DNA of 64,000 bases from assembly GCF_036321535.1 (NCBI RefSeq), contig NC_087447.1, positions 48,796,001-48,860,000 of the forward strand, given 5' to 3'. Positions 53,888-64,000 of this stretch are shown one piece after another. Position 1 is the stretch's first letter. Each line of letters starts with the position of its first letter. The position numbers and the translations under genes are program-made. Source of the stretch: Camelus dromedarius. Taxonomy: Eukaryota. Below the pieces are notes generated by a model. It saw only the letters and a list, made by a program, of their open reading frames with translations. It ran no database searches and had not been told where the DNA came from.

Positions 53888-55999
53888 TCTTCTTTATCCA
53901 CTCCTCTTGATGGACATTTAGGTTGTTTACATGTAGCTATTGTAAATACTGCTTTGAACATTGGGGTGTATTTATCTTTTTGAATTAGAGGTTTCATCTT
54001 TTCTGGATATATGCCCAGGAGTGAGATTGCTGGGTCATAATGTAACTTTATTTTTAGTTTTTTTAAGGAACCTCCATACTATTCTTCATAGTGGCTACAC
54101 CAGTTATATTCCCACCAACAGTGTAAAGAGGGTTCCCTTTTCTCCACACCCTCTCTAGCATTTCTTATTTGCAGACTTTTTGATGGTGGCCATTCTGACT
54201 GGTGTGAGGTGATACCTCGTGGTTTTGATTTGCATTTCTCTAATAAATAGCGATGTTGAGCATCTTTTCATGTGCCTGTTGGCTATCTATATATCTTCTT
54301 TGAAGAAATTTCTATTTAGAGCTCCTGCACATTTTTTGATGGGGTTGTTTGGTTTTTTGATATTGAACTGAATGAGCTGTTTGTGTATTTTGGAAATTAA
54401 TTCCATGTTGGTTGCATCATTTGCAAGTACTTTCTCCCATTCTGTAGGTTATCTTTTTGTTTTGTTTATGGTTCCCTTTGTGGGACAGAAGCGTTTGAGT
54501 TTAATTAGGTTCCATTTGTTTATTTTTGCGTTTATTTCCTTTACTCTAGGAGGCAGATCCAAAAAAATACTGCTGTGATGATGGATATATTTTATTAGAA
54601 AGAAATGATCAATAATTAAGAGCCTAAAACTATCATTGTTCATTAATGGGAAAAAATACTTTTCACTTGACTCATTTGAGTATTTATTATGCATATTAGG
54701 CTACTCTGTTCAGCTAAGAAAAGATATTTTCCTTTACTTTTCCCATCATTTGCTGCAACCAGGAAGGATGAGAAAGAATTTAGATAACTGATTATACAGC
54801 TGCTGCAGCTCTCTAAAGTCACAGGAAGGTGGCATTGTAGTTTCTTGCGGTTGGTGTGTGCGCTGCAGTTGTATTGGAGAGACCCTCATCAGTTCTGGGA
54901 CATCATTATCTAGGAAGCCATTATCTGTGCCTGTGCCCTTTGGGGCTTATGGTGACTCCTCACTGGTATTTCTTTTTTTTTTTTTAAGTTTCCAGTGGGG
55001 AGGGTTCAGTGAATTTTATTGACAAGAGAAAAGACAAATAAGCCTTTGGCTGATAGGAAGTAAGCACAGCGGTAACTTTCTGATTTTATCATTTTCCTTC
55101 CTTAAAACCATCAAGTTTGTCATCTAATTGAGTATGCTTGGGACAGTTATCTTCCAATGTAGACCACTAGCAAATCTTGGGTCACTTAGGACCAAGAACT
55201 GAACAACCAAGTAACTAATCTCCAGTTCTCTGTACTTCAGATGTGCAGAGAGCCGGTAACATCAGGTAGGGCTAGCCAGGAGGGTCCCTGGCAGTGAATC
55301 TGGCTAGACAGGAGGGGGACTGGTAGTGGAGCAGAGATTAAGACCAGGAAAACCAGTGATGGAAATGACAGGTGCTGTGGGCCTGGGAGGTGAGGCTGAA
55401 GAAGTCAGTCAAAGCATGGAGGAAGAACTAGAGCTCAAGACATTAGCCAGCAGAGACCAGTGCCCAAATGCAGCATTTGAACAGTCAAATGACAGGGCCC
55501 ATTTCAGGGCAAGGGACATAGCATTGAGGGAGTAAGGGTGAATGTTGATTCTGAGCCCCAGCTAGAGGTTGTTTGGGCTCAAAATACTACTTCCTATCTG
55601 AGGTGGGATTTGATCGCCCAGCGGGAGGAAGCGGTGGTGGAAAGTGAGCACACCTGCCTCGATCAATGGGTCTGAGGGGATTGTGGTGAACCAGACGTCT
55701 CATTCTCTCTCTCTTTTCTTAGACATCTCATTCTCTTGATAGAGTGGTGTTCTAAATGACTCAGCCTACTCATATCCCATTTTTCCCTTGTTCTACCAGT
55801 GACTGAAAAAGTCTTTGAGAGTGAATCCTGCACAGATAGTGAAGAGGAGCTGAAGATGAAGACTTCCGTCCACAGACCCCCTACCACAACGGTGAAAAAG
55901 GAACCCAGAGAGGAACGAAAGGGTCCAAAGAAAGGGACTGCTTCTCTGGGCAAAGGCAATAGACAGGTGTCCATTACTGGCTTCTTCCAGAGGAAGTGA
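12071..55999 (+). CDS. POLD3: DNA polymerase delta subunit 3 (p66/p68; Pol32/Cdc27 orthologue). 12 coding exons: join(12071..12130,13402..13457,24996..25098,29535..29574,30811..30943,35471..35735,36931..37003,39947..40112,42561..42667,48556..48686,49817..49895,55800..55999), 470 aa
   Basis: Hand-spliced exons give an uninterrupted 1413-nt frame from [65 protein letters not shown] to [15 protein letters not shown]. This is the recognisable POLD3 N-terminal POLD2-binding domain and C-terminal PIP box. All introns end in AG; ten start GT and one starts GC. Confidence 0.98.
13402..13457 (+). CDS. POLD3: POLD3 exon 2 ([18 protein letters not shown])
   Basis: ttcttcttgcag|GTGACA...CCAAACA|gtaagt; 56 nt. 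Confidence 0.96.
16810..16837. repeat. (TTTG)n tetranucleotide repeat inside L1
   Basis: tttgtttgtttgtttgtttgtttgtttt. Confidence 0.85.
17016..17146 (-). mobile_element. Camelid tRNA-Ala-derived SINE (Vic-1 type) nested in an L1
   Basis: Reverse complement of the 9134 element (GGATTGAACCCAGGACC...CTACCACTGAACTATACC) interrupting L1 ORF2 sequence. Confidence 0.85.
18230..19820 (-). mobile_element. Older L1 (L1MB-like) 3' region interrupted by a MaLR LTR
   Basis: Typical antisense L1 3' UTR and ORF2-end text on both sides of 18612..19073. Confidence 0.8.
18612..19073 (-). mobile_element. MaLR solo LTR (MLT1 family)
   Basis: cttagggctgccgtaaca...caaactggatggtttaaaacaacagaaatttattg...cacagttcaacccataaca matches MLT1 termini. 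Confidence 0.8.
19959..20400. mobile_element. Internally deleted Tigger1-type (TcMar) DNA transposon
   Basis: Terminal inverted repeats taggcatatcttg / ccgaggtataccta, TA duplication at 19957-58 and 20401-02, and recognisable Tigger1 end sequences. Confidence 0.85.
20615..21153 (-). mobile_element. MaLR LTR (older MLT1 subfamily)
   Basis: ttgctatgtaaca...cccaaatttaatcgcttgaaacaaccattttattat...cccacattcaaggggagggg...atgccaca. Confidence 0.7.
22630..23495 (+). mobile_element. LINE-2 3' fragment
   Basis: cacctcaggtttaacatgcc...catccttgacttctctttctctca...ggattactgcagtagcctcctaactggtctccctgcttcc, ending in an L2 tail (ttttgttgacagaatga). Confidence 0.8.
23796..23905. mobile_element. MER81-like hAT MITE inside an L2
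   Basis: TIRs taaggtgacca...tgatcattcta, ~110 bp, degenerate 8-bp TSD atatgcag / atatagag. Confidence 0.7.
24996..25098 (+). CDS. POLD3: POLD3 exon 3 ([34 protein letters not shown])
   Basis: aacag|GATGCTG...CATTCC|gtaagt; 103 nt; lies inside ORF 24976..25158. Confidence 0.97.
26620..26889 (-). mobile_element. Short L1 3' end
   Basis: T-rich tail followed by ttgaggtatagttgatctacaatg...; TSD TATCAAATGAA at 26609..26619 and 26890..26900. Confidence 0.85.
29535..29574 (+). CDS. POLD3: POLD3 exon 4 ([13 protein letters not shown]), followed by a GC donor
   Basis: tttccttacag|TGCCAC...TTAGAAG|gcaagt; 40 nt; this boundary is required to keep frame with exon 5. Confidence 0.93.
30811..30943 (+). 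CDS. POLD3: POLD3 exon 5 ([44 protein letters not shown])
   Basis: ttgtag|CAGTGAAG...GCAGCAA|gtgagc; 133 nt; tandem TAGCAG acceptor. Confidence 0.95.
31640..33400 (-). mobile_element. LINE-2 fragments with a nested MIR (~32740..32910)
   Basis: ggggagccactgaagattttg...tttggacatgttgaatttgagtaccctgtgggg...ccaagtggagatgtcc antisense L2 motifs. Confidence 0.75.
35471..35735 (+). CDS. POLD3: POLD3 exon 6 ([18 protein letters not shown]...[10 protein letters not shown])
   Basis: ctgtcctcag|GTTTAGT...ATAAAT|gtaagt; 265 nt with an open frame. Confidence 0.96.
36931..37003 (+). CDS. POLD3: POLD3 exon 7 ([24 protein letters not shown]), carrying the FF-type REV1-interacting (RIR) motif
   Basis: cttttag|GCATCT...GCTATGA|gtaagt; 73 nt; SNFFGKAAM matches the known POLD3 RIR region. 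Confidence 0.95.
37610..37756 (+). mobile_element. Short L1 3' end with A tail
   Basis: gctgtacaccagaaactgacataacattgtaaactgactatacttcaataaaa; degenerate TSD aagaatactttcata / aagaattcttccaca. Confidence 0.8.
38790..39425 (+). mobile_element. Old L1 (L1MB/MC-like) ORF2 end and 3' UTR
   Basis: aataacaagtgttggcaaggatgtggagaaattg...gaaagaagccagacacaaaaggccac...ccactgaattgtacac. Confidence 0.8.
39947..40112 (+). CDS. POLD3: POLD3 exon 8 ([23 protein letters not shown]...QQKEKK)
   Basis: tttatttatag|ATAAAC...AAAAAG|gtagga; 166 nt; inside ORF 39907..40116. Confidence 0.95.
40870..41770 (-). mobile_element. Old L1 ORF2 fragment
   Basis: Degenerate antisense RT-region text (cattcagtatttcaccactaaatagg...ccaaccttgcattcctg...gattcgatttgctaat). 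Confidence 0.75.
42561..42667 (+). CDS. POLD3: POLD3 exon 9 ([35 protein letters not shown]), with a basic NLS-like KKKRRR
   Basis: gcaacag|GAGGAAG...GATGAAG|gtgggc; 107 nt; inside ORF 42442..42684. Confidence 0.95.
42702..42997 (-). mobile_element. MaLR LTR (MLT1A/MST-like), 35 nt downstream of exon 9
   Basis: ggctgagaagtccaaaatcagg...catgagggctctgtcctcatgacgtaattatctccc...ggattagggcttcaacatatgaattttgg. Confidence 0.75.
44048..44180 (-). mobile_element. Camelid tRNA-Ala-derived SINE (Vic-1 type)
   Basis: TATTGAACCTAGGACCTCGTGCATGCTAAGCATATGCTCTACCACTTTGAGCTATACCCTCCC with a T-rich tail on the left. Confidence 0.85.
45966..47964. repeat. Long inverted repeat; arms at 45966..46200 and 47732..47964 (intron 9)
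   Basis: Arm 2 is the reverse complement of arm 1 at roughly 85-87% by hand alignment; includes a perfect 26-nt match (46005..46030 vs 47905..47930). Confidence 0.93.
48556..48686 (+). CDS. POLD3: POLD3 exon 10, proline-rich ([44 protein letters not shown])
   Basis: ccttatttcag|TCATAC...GTCAAG|gtacag; 131 nt. Confidence 0.95.
49817..49895 (+). CDS. POLD3: POLD3 exon 11 ([26 protein letters not shown]), with the DPIM (Pol-alpha interaction) motif region
   Basis: cttttag|AGCTCA...TGCATGG|gtaaga; 79 nt; DEEG..VT fits the Pol32/Cdc27-family DPIM. Confidence 0.95.
52279..52425. mobile_element. MER5-type hAT-Charlie MITE
   Basis: cttctcaaacttt...ctgattcagtaggcctggggtaggacctgagattctgtgtttcta...tctgatgc. 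Confidence 0.75.
52615..52958 (+). mobile_element. Young L1 ORF2 C-terminal fragment with no 3' UTR or poly(A), sense in intron 11
   Basis: Stop-free frame [25 protein letters not shown]...[23 protein letters not shown]...[18 protein letters not shown]...[10 protein letters not shown]; flanked by AATACTC at 52608..52614 and 52959..52965. Confidence 0.9.
53100..53282. mobile_element. MER5A-type MITE, opposite in orientation to the 52279 copy
   Basis: cagcagcacctgggaa...gcagattcctgg...ccccagacctactgaatc...agtctgtgtttaaacaagcc...aaagtttgaa. Confidence 0.75.
53366..54578 (-). mobile_element. 5'-truncated L1 (~1.2 kb) with an internal TG/CA microsatellite
   Basis: Antisense L1 3' UTR and ORF2 end ([14 protein letters not shown]); TSD tgacggatatat (53354..53365) / tgatggatatat (54579..54590). 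Confidence 0.9.
53851..53883. repeat. (AC)n microsatellite, ~16 units
   Basis: Uninterrupted acacac run. Confidence 0.95.
55800..55999 (+). CDS. POLD3: POLD3 exon 12 coding part, ending in the PCNA-binding PIP box QVSITGFF (55964..55987) and TGA
   Basis: ttctaccag|TGACTG...AGGAAGTGA; matches ORF 55799..55999; Qxx[ILM]xxFF motif. Confidence 0.97.
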
Positions 56000-57747
56000 A
56001 CTGCCATCTCTGTTAAATCAGAGACATCGAGTGGTCAAGGGACAAGACCAAGACATACCGACTCTCGCTTACTGTGTAAGTTCATCCAGCGCCTCACCTC
56101 GCCTGTATGAAAAGACTTCTTCCATTCTGTAAGGTTTATACGGCTTCTGGTTTTCAGCCAAAAGGAAATCACCTGGAAGCAAGAGGCAAAGGAATATTTT
56201 GAAAGTTGTTATCTTCTCATGACATTTTTTTAAGCACAATCTTTGACCTGTCCAGAATTCACTCCAAAGATAAATTGGAACAGGTTTCAGAATTATCACT
56301 GAAGCCATTTCGTGGCTAATCCACTGCACCCTACTCACCCTACACCCTGATCCATCTGTTTATGGCTCAGGAAGTGATCCTCCTCGTTCTGTTGTATTCT
56401 GTGGACTTGTGTGGATATTCTTTTATCCCCGAATTTTACAGGATACATTTACCATTTCCCCAGCATCCCTTCCCCACTACCACACTTCTGTGTGAAGCGT
56501 TTTCTGTAAGTCTTTTAAATCTTGGTTGGACTAAAGGCTGAAACAAAAATCTCCCTGTAATCCTCTTTTCCTCCATTATAAAGTACATCGACACCTGGCT
56601 ACAGACCAGCACATTACTTGTGTTCTAGCACTTTCACAAAAGCTTACTCTCTAGACCTTTACTTGCAGTTAGTGGTTAGGGAAAAGCCTCCGGCAGAGCA
56701 CAAATAGAAACGTAATGATGTATTCCACTCCACCAGAAATTACTTAGAGTCAGCATTGATGATATTTGAGGACTTGTCATGTTGCTGACATGGGAGGTGC
56801 TTTATACTGACTGCTCTTTGTGACTTTTGTCTACTCCCCTCTCTCCCTTTCCCACTCTCAATACCTGGAGAGGGAAACCCATACAATGAAACAAAGGCTA
56901 AAAAGAGAAATCCCTTCTTACCTACAGTATACAACAGCTGAGTAAAATTTCTCCTTTTCAAGGAACCCAAATGTTCAGAAACAATTTTCCAGGAAGGTAA
57001 CAAGGAAGAGATAAAGCACATTATCTACAGATGTTGCTCCTCTGTATTTTTAACTCCCCCACGTTCCTAGAAGTACAGGTTCCCCAGGAAGGTAAGGAGA
57101 GACTGAGTCATTGGTAGATCTAAAATTTTCATGTGTTACTTATGGAAAATCATCTATTCCAGTGATAACTCTGAAGTGACTTCCTGTATGGCTGGATAAT
57201 AAGCTCAGAGGACAGAGGTGGTGTGGTGGTGATCTTGCACAGAGAGCTCTGAGGAAAGGAACAGAGGCTCAGCTGCTGGCATGACTCATGATTAACAGAC
57301 GAGGGATGTCTGATTTGCTCCTTCCGCCTTAGCCTGGTGTATGTCGTAAGCGAGGCAGTCAGCCGTCTACTGTTTAAGGTTAGGATTGTGACTGACCTTG
57401 GATTAATAGGAGCTTCTTTAGCAGCCGTCACCCCATGGACTTGATTAAAACCAGAGGTTTGGGAGATGAATCCCGGCATTACATCTAGGACTTGACAAGG
57501 CAGGGGCTTTGTGCAGCAAGCTGAGTAAAGGTTGCCATATTCCAAACTCCTTTCCTTTTAAAATGTAAAAGGATGGAGAGAAGGGTGGAAAGCCTGGACT
57601 TAAAACTTTACAAAAAACTTCTGGAGAGGAATCCCTTTTAAATGGTTATTTTTGTCATTGCCTCTAGTCATTTTTCTAAATAGAAATGGAAAATTTTAAA
57701 AAGCAACAATCCAGTCTTTTTAAAAAAATTATTATGTTGGGATCTCT

Positions 57748-57753
57748 AATAAA
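57748..57753 (+). terminator. Candidate polyadenylation signal AATAAA (proximal)
   Basis: Canonical hexamer with GT-rich sequence downstream (ctggtgctggtgg). Confidence 0.5.
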
Positions 57754-57963
57754 AGCAAATTTTAAATTGGAAAACTGGTGCTGGTGGAGTTCTATCTTTG
57801 AAAGGATAACGCAAATCCTGTGATCACTGTGCCCAGCCCAGTATGCTGCCTCCACTCTGAGCTGTCTGCAGGGCTCAGTAAGTAGTGAGTGCTGGCTGGT
57901 TTTGTCTTTTTGTTAAAAACAAGACAAAACAAAAAAAAACTACCATATTACCCACATGAGTTA

Positions 57964-57969
57964 AATAAA
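57964..57969 (+). terminator. Candidate polyadenylation signal AATAAA (distal)
   Basis: Canonical hexamer, CA ~18-22 nt downstream, then GT-rich gtgtgttattt. Confidence 0.6.
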
Positions 57970-60900
57970 TTTGAGAAGTTTTAAAACAGCACTTCAAACT
58001 GAATGTCTGACAAGTGTGTTATTTGATGGGACAGCAATTATTTAATCTCTGAGCAGGAACAAGGCTGGGTTTCAGTTTATACTGTTAAAACTGCATACCC
58101 ATAGTAAACAAGTTATTTGCTGTCTTCATCATTTTTTCAGCCCTGTGGGAAATCTTAGTTTCAGCCAACCTCATCTTTTAGTTCCTTTAGAAGAAAATCT
58201 AGTCCTGATCTCACACATTGTGTTAGTTTGGCTTCATCACTTGCTGGCTGTGTGTGACCTTGGGCAAATTTCTAAGCCTCAGGTTCTTTATCAAAATAGA
58301 GCTCAAATGAGTTACCATGGGTTGTCAAGGCTGAAGGAGTGTATATACAGAATAAACTGGGCACACATAGGCACTCTGCAAATGGTGGCTTCCTTCTCGC
58401 TGTCGTAAATGATGTAGTCAGTCACCCGCTTCCTGAAATGTTATCAATGATATGACCCAGATGTTACACTCTTTCAAAATCATCATTCTGGCTGTAAATG
58501 TAGTCAAAGAGGGAAGATAGTTGTCCTATCTTATGAAAGGTTTTAGAGAGTACATTTTCCTGTTGTGAGAAAGTGAGATTTATAGATGGCTCTATTTACT
58601 ATTCATTAAAACATATATTGCATATCTACTATATGTCAGGCCTCTGATCTGAGCACTAGAAGATATAATAGAATCCTAGAATTTGGCACTTGTCCTCAGA
58701 GTCTAGTGGACAAGACAAGCCAGTAAAATGCAATTATAGCATCAAGTGGAGAGTGTGGTGCTAGATAAGCCCAGGGCCCTCTGAGAGCCCACAGGAAGTG
58801 GGTGTTGAGGACGTCTTCCCAGAGGAGAGGAGGCCAAGCAGTTTTTGGAAGGATGAGTAGGATTTTACCAAGCCAAGAGGAATGGAAAGGATTTTCCAGG
58901 CGAAGGAACATGGCTGTTGCGGGGGGAAATGGACTATTAGAATATGGGAATAGGGAGGAAAATATATTGAGAAATGAAGTGGGGTCCTGCTAAGGAGTTT
59001 GGATTTTGTTTGAAGACTGAGGGCCAATTGAGTTTTAAGAAGGGTAACATTAGAAGTTGATTTTCATTTAAGCATGACAGCTGGCATTTTCTTTGATTTT
59101 GTGTGCCATATAGGGAGTGTTTCTACCCATTCTTGTACATTGTATCTTAGTCCTACTAGTATTCAAATTAAAGTTGTAATGGAATTTTTAAAAAATGTCC
59201 TGGTTAAAATAAGACTGCTTAATTTGGGCAGTCAAGGTAGACAATGGCAGCATTTCCCTTGTTTTCCCATCAATACAGCTTTCTCTTGCAGAAATGATTT
59301 CACTTTTTAAAAAGTGATTGCAAAAGCTGGTAGTTCTCCGACACTCAATGATACAAGCCTCTACTCATTTCCCTGGAAAAAAAAAAACCCAGGGGAGGGG
59401 GCGGGGATGAGTGGAACAGTTCTATTCCTTTTCTATCTTTGTTTCTCTAAGAAGACATTAGTTATTATACAGGAGAGAGCTGAAGAGAAGGGCCATATAA
59501 GGAAACGAAATAGTTGCTCCAGGACCTGAGTGGAGTGAGTGCATAATAATGTATTTGCCAGAAATGTACTCTGTGTCAAGACTCGTTTTGGTAAACTTGT
59601 CTCCTTTCATTGGTTCCGGGATCTCAGTATGCTGTAATGCAGCTTTTTACCACCATGAAACATTCTGGGGCTGCCTCGTTCTGTTGTGAGAAGGCAGTAT
59701 TGCTTTCTGAGTTATTACCCTGGCGGCTCTGTAAATTAGCCCATGCTGTCACCATGCCCTGTCTGAAGGGCACATTGTACCCAAATGACTGCATTAAGGA
59801 TTGACTCTTGCCACTCCCTGCTGCATGACACTTCTCACCACTTGTATCTGTGTCCAGTTTTTTTGTGTTAAATGTGGGCCACCCACAGATTGCCACCCAG
59901 GCTCTCCAGCCTGAGAAACTTGGTAAGGCTTCTGATCCAAACCCACCTTAACTCTACAATTCCCCTTCCGTTTTCAAACCCTAAATATTGTCTGGCTCCC
60001 ACTTCTCTCCTCCTCTTTTTTCTCATTTGCTTTTGCCAGACTCCTTGTTTCTTGAGGCTCCACTTTGGCTTCTCCCTGTCTTTTTTTTTTTTTAATTTAA
60101 ACTCAAAGTTCTTCATGGCTAGTCCTTCTTTAACTTCTTTCTTTCAGTCTTTTCAGCTTGTTTTCTCAAGTTCTTATGTCTTTTACTGGACTGCTCTTGA
60201 AGAGTGGAAAAATCACGTTGTTTAGTATCCACTTTGGATTATTCAAATGCAAAGTGTCAAGCAGTTGTTGAATGCTAGTTATGTTTCATCCTGGATAAGA
60301 TACTTTAGGGATGGCCAGAGCTCAGAGGTTATCATTTTGGAGTGGCAGGACATGCACAGCCAATAGCATTAAATAGCAATTGAGATGATACTTAGATGTG
60401 GTAGACAAGGGACTTAATTCAGAAGAGAACCAGGATAAACATAATGGGTAAAAATTTATAGTCCTGTGTAAAGAATAACAAAGGATTTAAGACCAGAAAC
60501 CGGCTGAGGAAGGTTCACCATTTTAGTGTATTTTTATTTAGCTGTTCAAACGTCACTCACCATTTACACAGTCATGGTGGAAGTAAACCGTGATAAAGTG
60601 AATCCTTAATGGGGTTATTTCTGTCCTACCTTAAAAATGAGAATACTGACAAGACAGCAAGCAGGTACCCCGGATTATTCCAAGAGGCAGCTTATAGGAT
60701 CTACATATATTAGATCAGCATAACTTCAACTCAGTTTTGTACACACTCAACAATTTTGGCATACTGGAGAAGCAGGGTGCTGTGATGGAAACAACACAAG
60801 TTGGGAGGCAGAGGGCTCTGAATTCAAACCCTATTTAAGGCACTGACCTCAAGTAAGATACTCATCCTCTAAGAACTTGTTTCTGCGTCTTTATAATGAG

Positions 60901-61069
60901 TTACTGTCTACCTTACAGGGTTGTTTTAAAGCTTTAAGAAATACTGCATGGGCTGTCAGTCCCTAGTATTTTGACATATAGTAAGGCTAACATAAAGCAA
61001 GATAACTTACATTTTTTACACACATACTATGTGCCAGGCACTGCTCCAAGTATGTTAAATGTGTTAACT

Positions 61070-61283
61070 TTTTAAAAACTGAGGTATAGTTGATATGCAA
61101 TATTATATAAGTTTCAGGTATACAGCATAGTAATTCACAATTTTTAAAGGTTATTTCCATTTATTTATACTTAAAAATATTGGCTATATTCCCTGTGTTG
61201 TACGATATATCCTTGTAGCTTATTTACTTTATACATAGTGGTTTGTACCTCTTAATCCCCATCCCTATCTTGCCCCTCCCCCC
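61070..61283 (-). mobile_element. Short L1 3' end inserted in a MIR (~61000..61480)
   Basis: gaggtatagttgatatgcaatattatataagtttcaggtatacagcatag...; MIR core (cccattttacacataaggaaactgaagc) resumes after it. Confidence 0.75.
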
Positions 61284-64000
61284 AGATATATTAACTCTTA
61301 ATCCTTATAGCAACCCTAAGAGATAGGTAATTTTATTCCCATTTTACACATAAGGAAACTGAAGCAGGGAAGTAACATAACTCGTTCAAGTTCACAGAGT
61401 GAGCAAGTGACAGAGCCAGGATATCAATCTTGATAATTTGGCTTCAGTGCCTGTAGTCAACCACCATGCTATACTGCTCTTGGCTATGTTAGTTTACGCT
61501 TCCATACTGCCCAATGATGATTCAAGTTCATTTTTATAAGTGAAAGTACAACTAGGTGTTCAGATCCCAGATTGTCACATCTGAAGGCGATCTTAATGTT
61601 TATCTAACTCAACCACCCATCTGCTGCGTGAGTCCTCTCTACAGATCCCTGCCAGGTGGTCTTGAATCTAAACAAAGATTCAATTATGTTCAGTATCCCA
61701 TACTTTCTAAATTACAAAGTTAAATAAGTAGACTAATAAATGTTAAGGAGAATTTAAAGGGTGGCTAGAATAAAGTTTTATGATTAATTTTAGATCATAG
61801 GGAAACTTCTGAATACAGCATAGTTCCTTAAGTAATCCATTTAGTTGCTTTTAGTTTAAGTAAAGAATACTCTTTTTCCTAGGAGAAGATTGTCCAATTC
61901 TTGGCCTTGCCTTTGAGTCAACCTTTGTAAGAAGATCAAGAAGAAATTTGGCAGGGTTTTTTTGTTTTTGTTTTTTGGGGTTTTTTTTTTTGACTATTTA
62001 AGCCATGCTGTGAGTTCACATGTAGAAGAGTGGCCCCAGGACACTTGTTAGCCACTGATTGCACTGGATTAGGCCAAGCGAGTATTCTCAAAACCAGGTT
62101 TTCCTAAAAGGTATGTGAAGATCACATAAACACAGCATCTTCATGGTATGGTGCTTCTTTATTCTATCCTGGGTTGGGATGTATAGGAAGCAGAACCATT
62201 TTCCTGTAAACCAAATAGATATGAGTATTTCCCTTGTCCCTCATAGTTATATTCCACCTTTATGTGGTGTTTTACTTGATCTTATTTCATCCTTGTGATA
62301 ACCTTCAAGGATTTTCTCTCCCCTGCTTTGCAGAAAACAAGCCCAGGTCATTTAGCGAGTTTGCCTAAAATCTCACAGTAAAAGAGTGGACCAGGGCTAG
62401 AACCAGGGTCTTCAGACTTCACATCATGTGACTTTTCCACTGTGCGACAACCCCTAAGAAGAATGTGTTGGTCTACTCAAGGGTGTGCCTGGAATTAATG
62501 CTTCCTGATTTGCCCAACAACCATGGTGGCTGCTGTGAAAGACACAAGAAAAGCACATGACACGTTCTCTGCCTTCCTAGAACTGACAGTCATTGGAAAG
62601 GCAACCCATGTGCATATTTGCGCACCGCACAGACTTTTGTTAAAAGTTTACTATGTGCCCAGCACTGTCGTGTTAGATGCCGGGGATAACATACAAAGAT
62701 GAATTTCTCGCCCTTTGAGAACTTTACTATCTCTGGGAGGGAGAGACACAGACAAATAATTCAAATGTGCTATAATGATAAAATTAGTCCTTATCATGGG
62801 CCAAAATTTGTGCTAGACATATTTTCTCTAATCTTTGTAACACTTTTCATTTACAAATGAAGATAGGGAGGCTCAGAGTTTAAATGTTTGGCCAGTAAGT
62901 GGCAAAGGTAAGATGTGTTCATTTTTAATAATAAATTTAATTTTAAAAATTGGAGGAACTAGAAAACTCGAATGATGTGATTAGCAAACCTGAATAGGAA
63001 GCTAACTTCCTGTCGTATGGATGTGTGAGCCAATGCGGAGGTTGGAACAAAAGGAGTGAAATGAATTCCACCTTTAGAATCGTTGATCCCAGCTAGGGAT
63101 GATCTTATCAATGGTTCAGGTCACTGCCTCTTTTGGCTATAAGCCCTTGCATCTGTCTTTACATAAGGAGAACCACACTAGCGGACTAAAGGCTAGAAGA
63201 CTACGTCTTTCCCTCTGGGTGGTTTTCCAGCTGGCCTGGGAGGAGAGCCAGAGTTTAAACTATAGGATTTCTGACTTGAAACCTATATTCTTTCCACTGT
63301 ATCAAGTCCTTCCTCCCCTGCCCAGAGTCTGTGGGCCAAGGGAAGGGTTGTCTGTGACTGCCGTAGGGATTAAGGATCCACAGAGGATGAAGTGCTTAAA
63401 CTGAGAATAGAAATTTGCCAAATGGGAAAGTGAAGGGCACTCCAGGCAGAAGGAACAGGACTTACAACATAAGACGCATAGGCACATGAGAGCGCAGAGT
63501 GTTTACAGTTACAAGTGGTTTAGTGTGAGGTAGAATCATGGGTTATGAGACAAGTAAGTAGGCAGAGACCAGATCACAGAGGTCTTTGCTAAGTAGTTTA
63601 GACTTTACTCTACAGGCAGTAGGAAGCCACTGAAGAATTTCAACATGTCAGATTTGTACATTAGAGAAATCATCCTTTGTAGCCTGAAGAGAGAATCACC
63701 AGATCATAAATAAGAGCCAAATTGCACCTGCATCTCGAGATGGAGAAAGCAGAGGAAAATAATATGAAATTGGATTTAGTTCAGTTTTAGGCAGATGACT
63801 TTCTTGATCCCCTTAGAAACTCAGGACAGGAGAGAATTGGGAGTGACTTCAAATGTGGACTGATTAGCCTTTTGCTGGGTCATCTCATGCTTGGAAATCC
63901 TGGCTCCTGCCTGAGCCATGGTCCTTGTTAAAGCATGGAGATGGGATTGGTTCCACAGTTCCACTAAGGATACATGTAGGCCACTCTCTGACGCACGGAC

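Larger units (their letters stand above)
56000..57990 (+). other. POLD3: POLD3 3' UTR (end approximate)
   Basis: Repeat-poor stretch after the stop codon, up to two AATAAA hexamers; MIR and L2 relics resume from ~58200. Confidence 0.65.

Noticed and set aside
54793..54874. Possible pre-miRNA hairpin (atacagctgctgc...gctgcagttgtat)
   Set aside because: Only ~12 bp of stem around a ~55-nt poorly paired interior; no snoRNA boxes or miRNA-like duplex recognised.
59074..60225. ORF cluster downstream of POLD3 as another gene or alternative last exon
   Set aside because: No recognisable protein similarity and no convincing splice-bounded frame; cannot be supported from sequence alone.
1..64000. 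Prokaryote-type novel system (CRISPR, defence island, operon), NUMT or intact endogenous retrovirus
   Set aside because: The sequence is a spliced mammalian locus; I saw no repeat-spacer array, mitochondrial segment or gag/pol/env frame.

Overview
This is mammalian genomic DNA, almost certainly camelid (alpaca, llama or camel), judged from three copies of the tRNA-Ala-derived Vic-1-type SINE. The window holds one complete protein-coding gene, POLD3 (DNA polymerase delta subunit 3, p66/p68), on the + strand. It has 12 coding exons (ATG 12071 to TGA 55999; 1413 nt, 470 aa, all splice phases consistent), a CpG-island promoter carrying a palindromic double E2F site and an RFX X-box, and a 3' UTR of about 2 kb. 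The rest is intergenic or intronic DNA dense in L1, L2, MIR, MaLR LTR and DNA-transposon relics. I found no CRISPR, operon or other prokaryote-type system. The most unusual unexplained structure is a ~235-bp inverted duplication in intron 9, with arms ~1.5 kb apart and differences biased toward G-U-compatible changes on the sense RNA. Also notable: a GC-AG intron whose acceptor is a NAGNAG, an exact 18-bp coding duplication in exon 10, and a tail-less, frame-intact L1 ORF2 fragment with a 7-bp target-site duplication in intron 11. Repeat family names and human comparisons come from my recall of consensus and reference sequences, not from a search.
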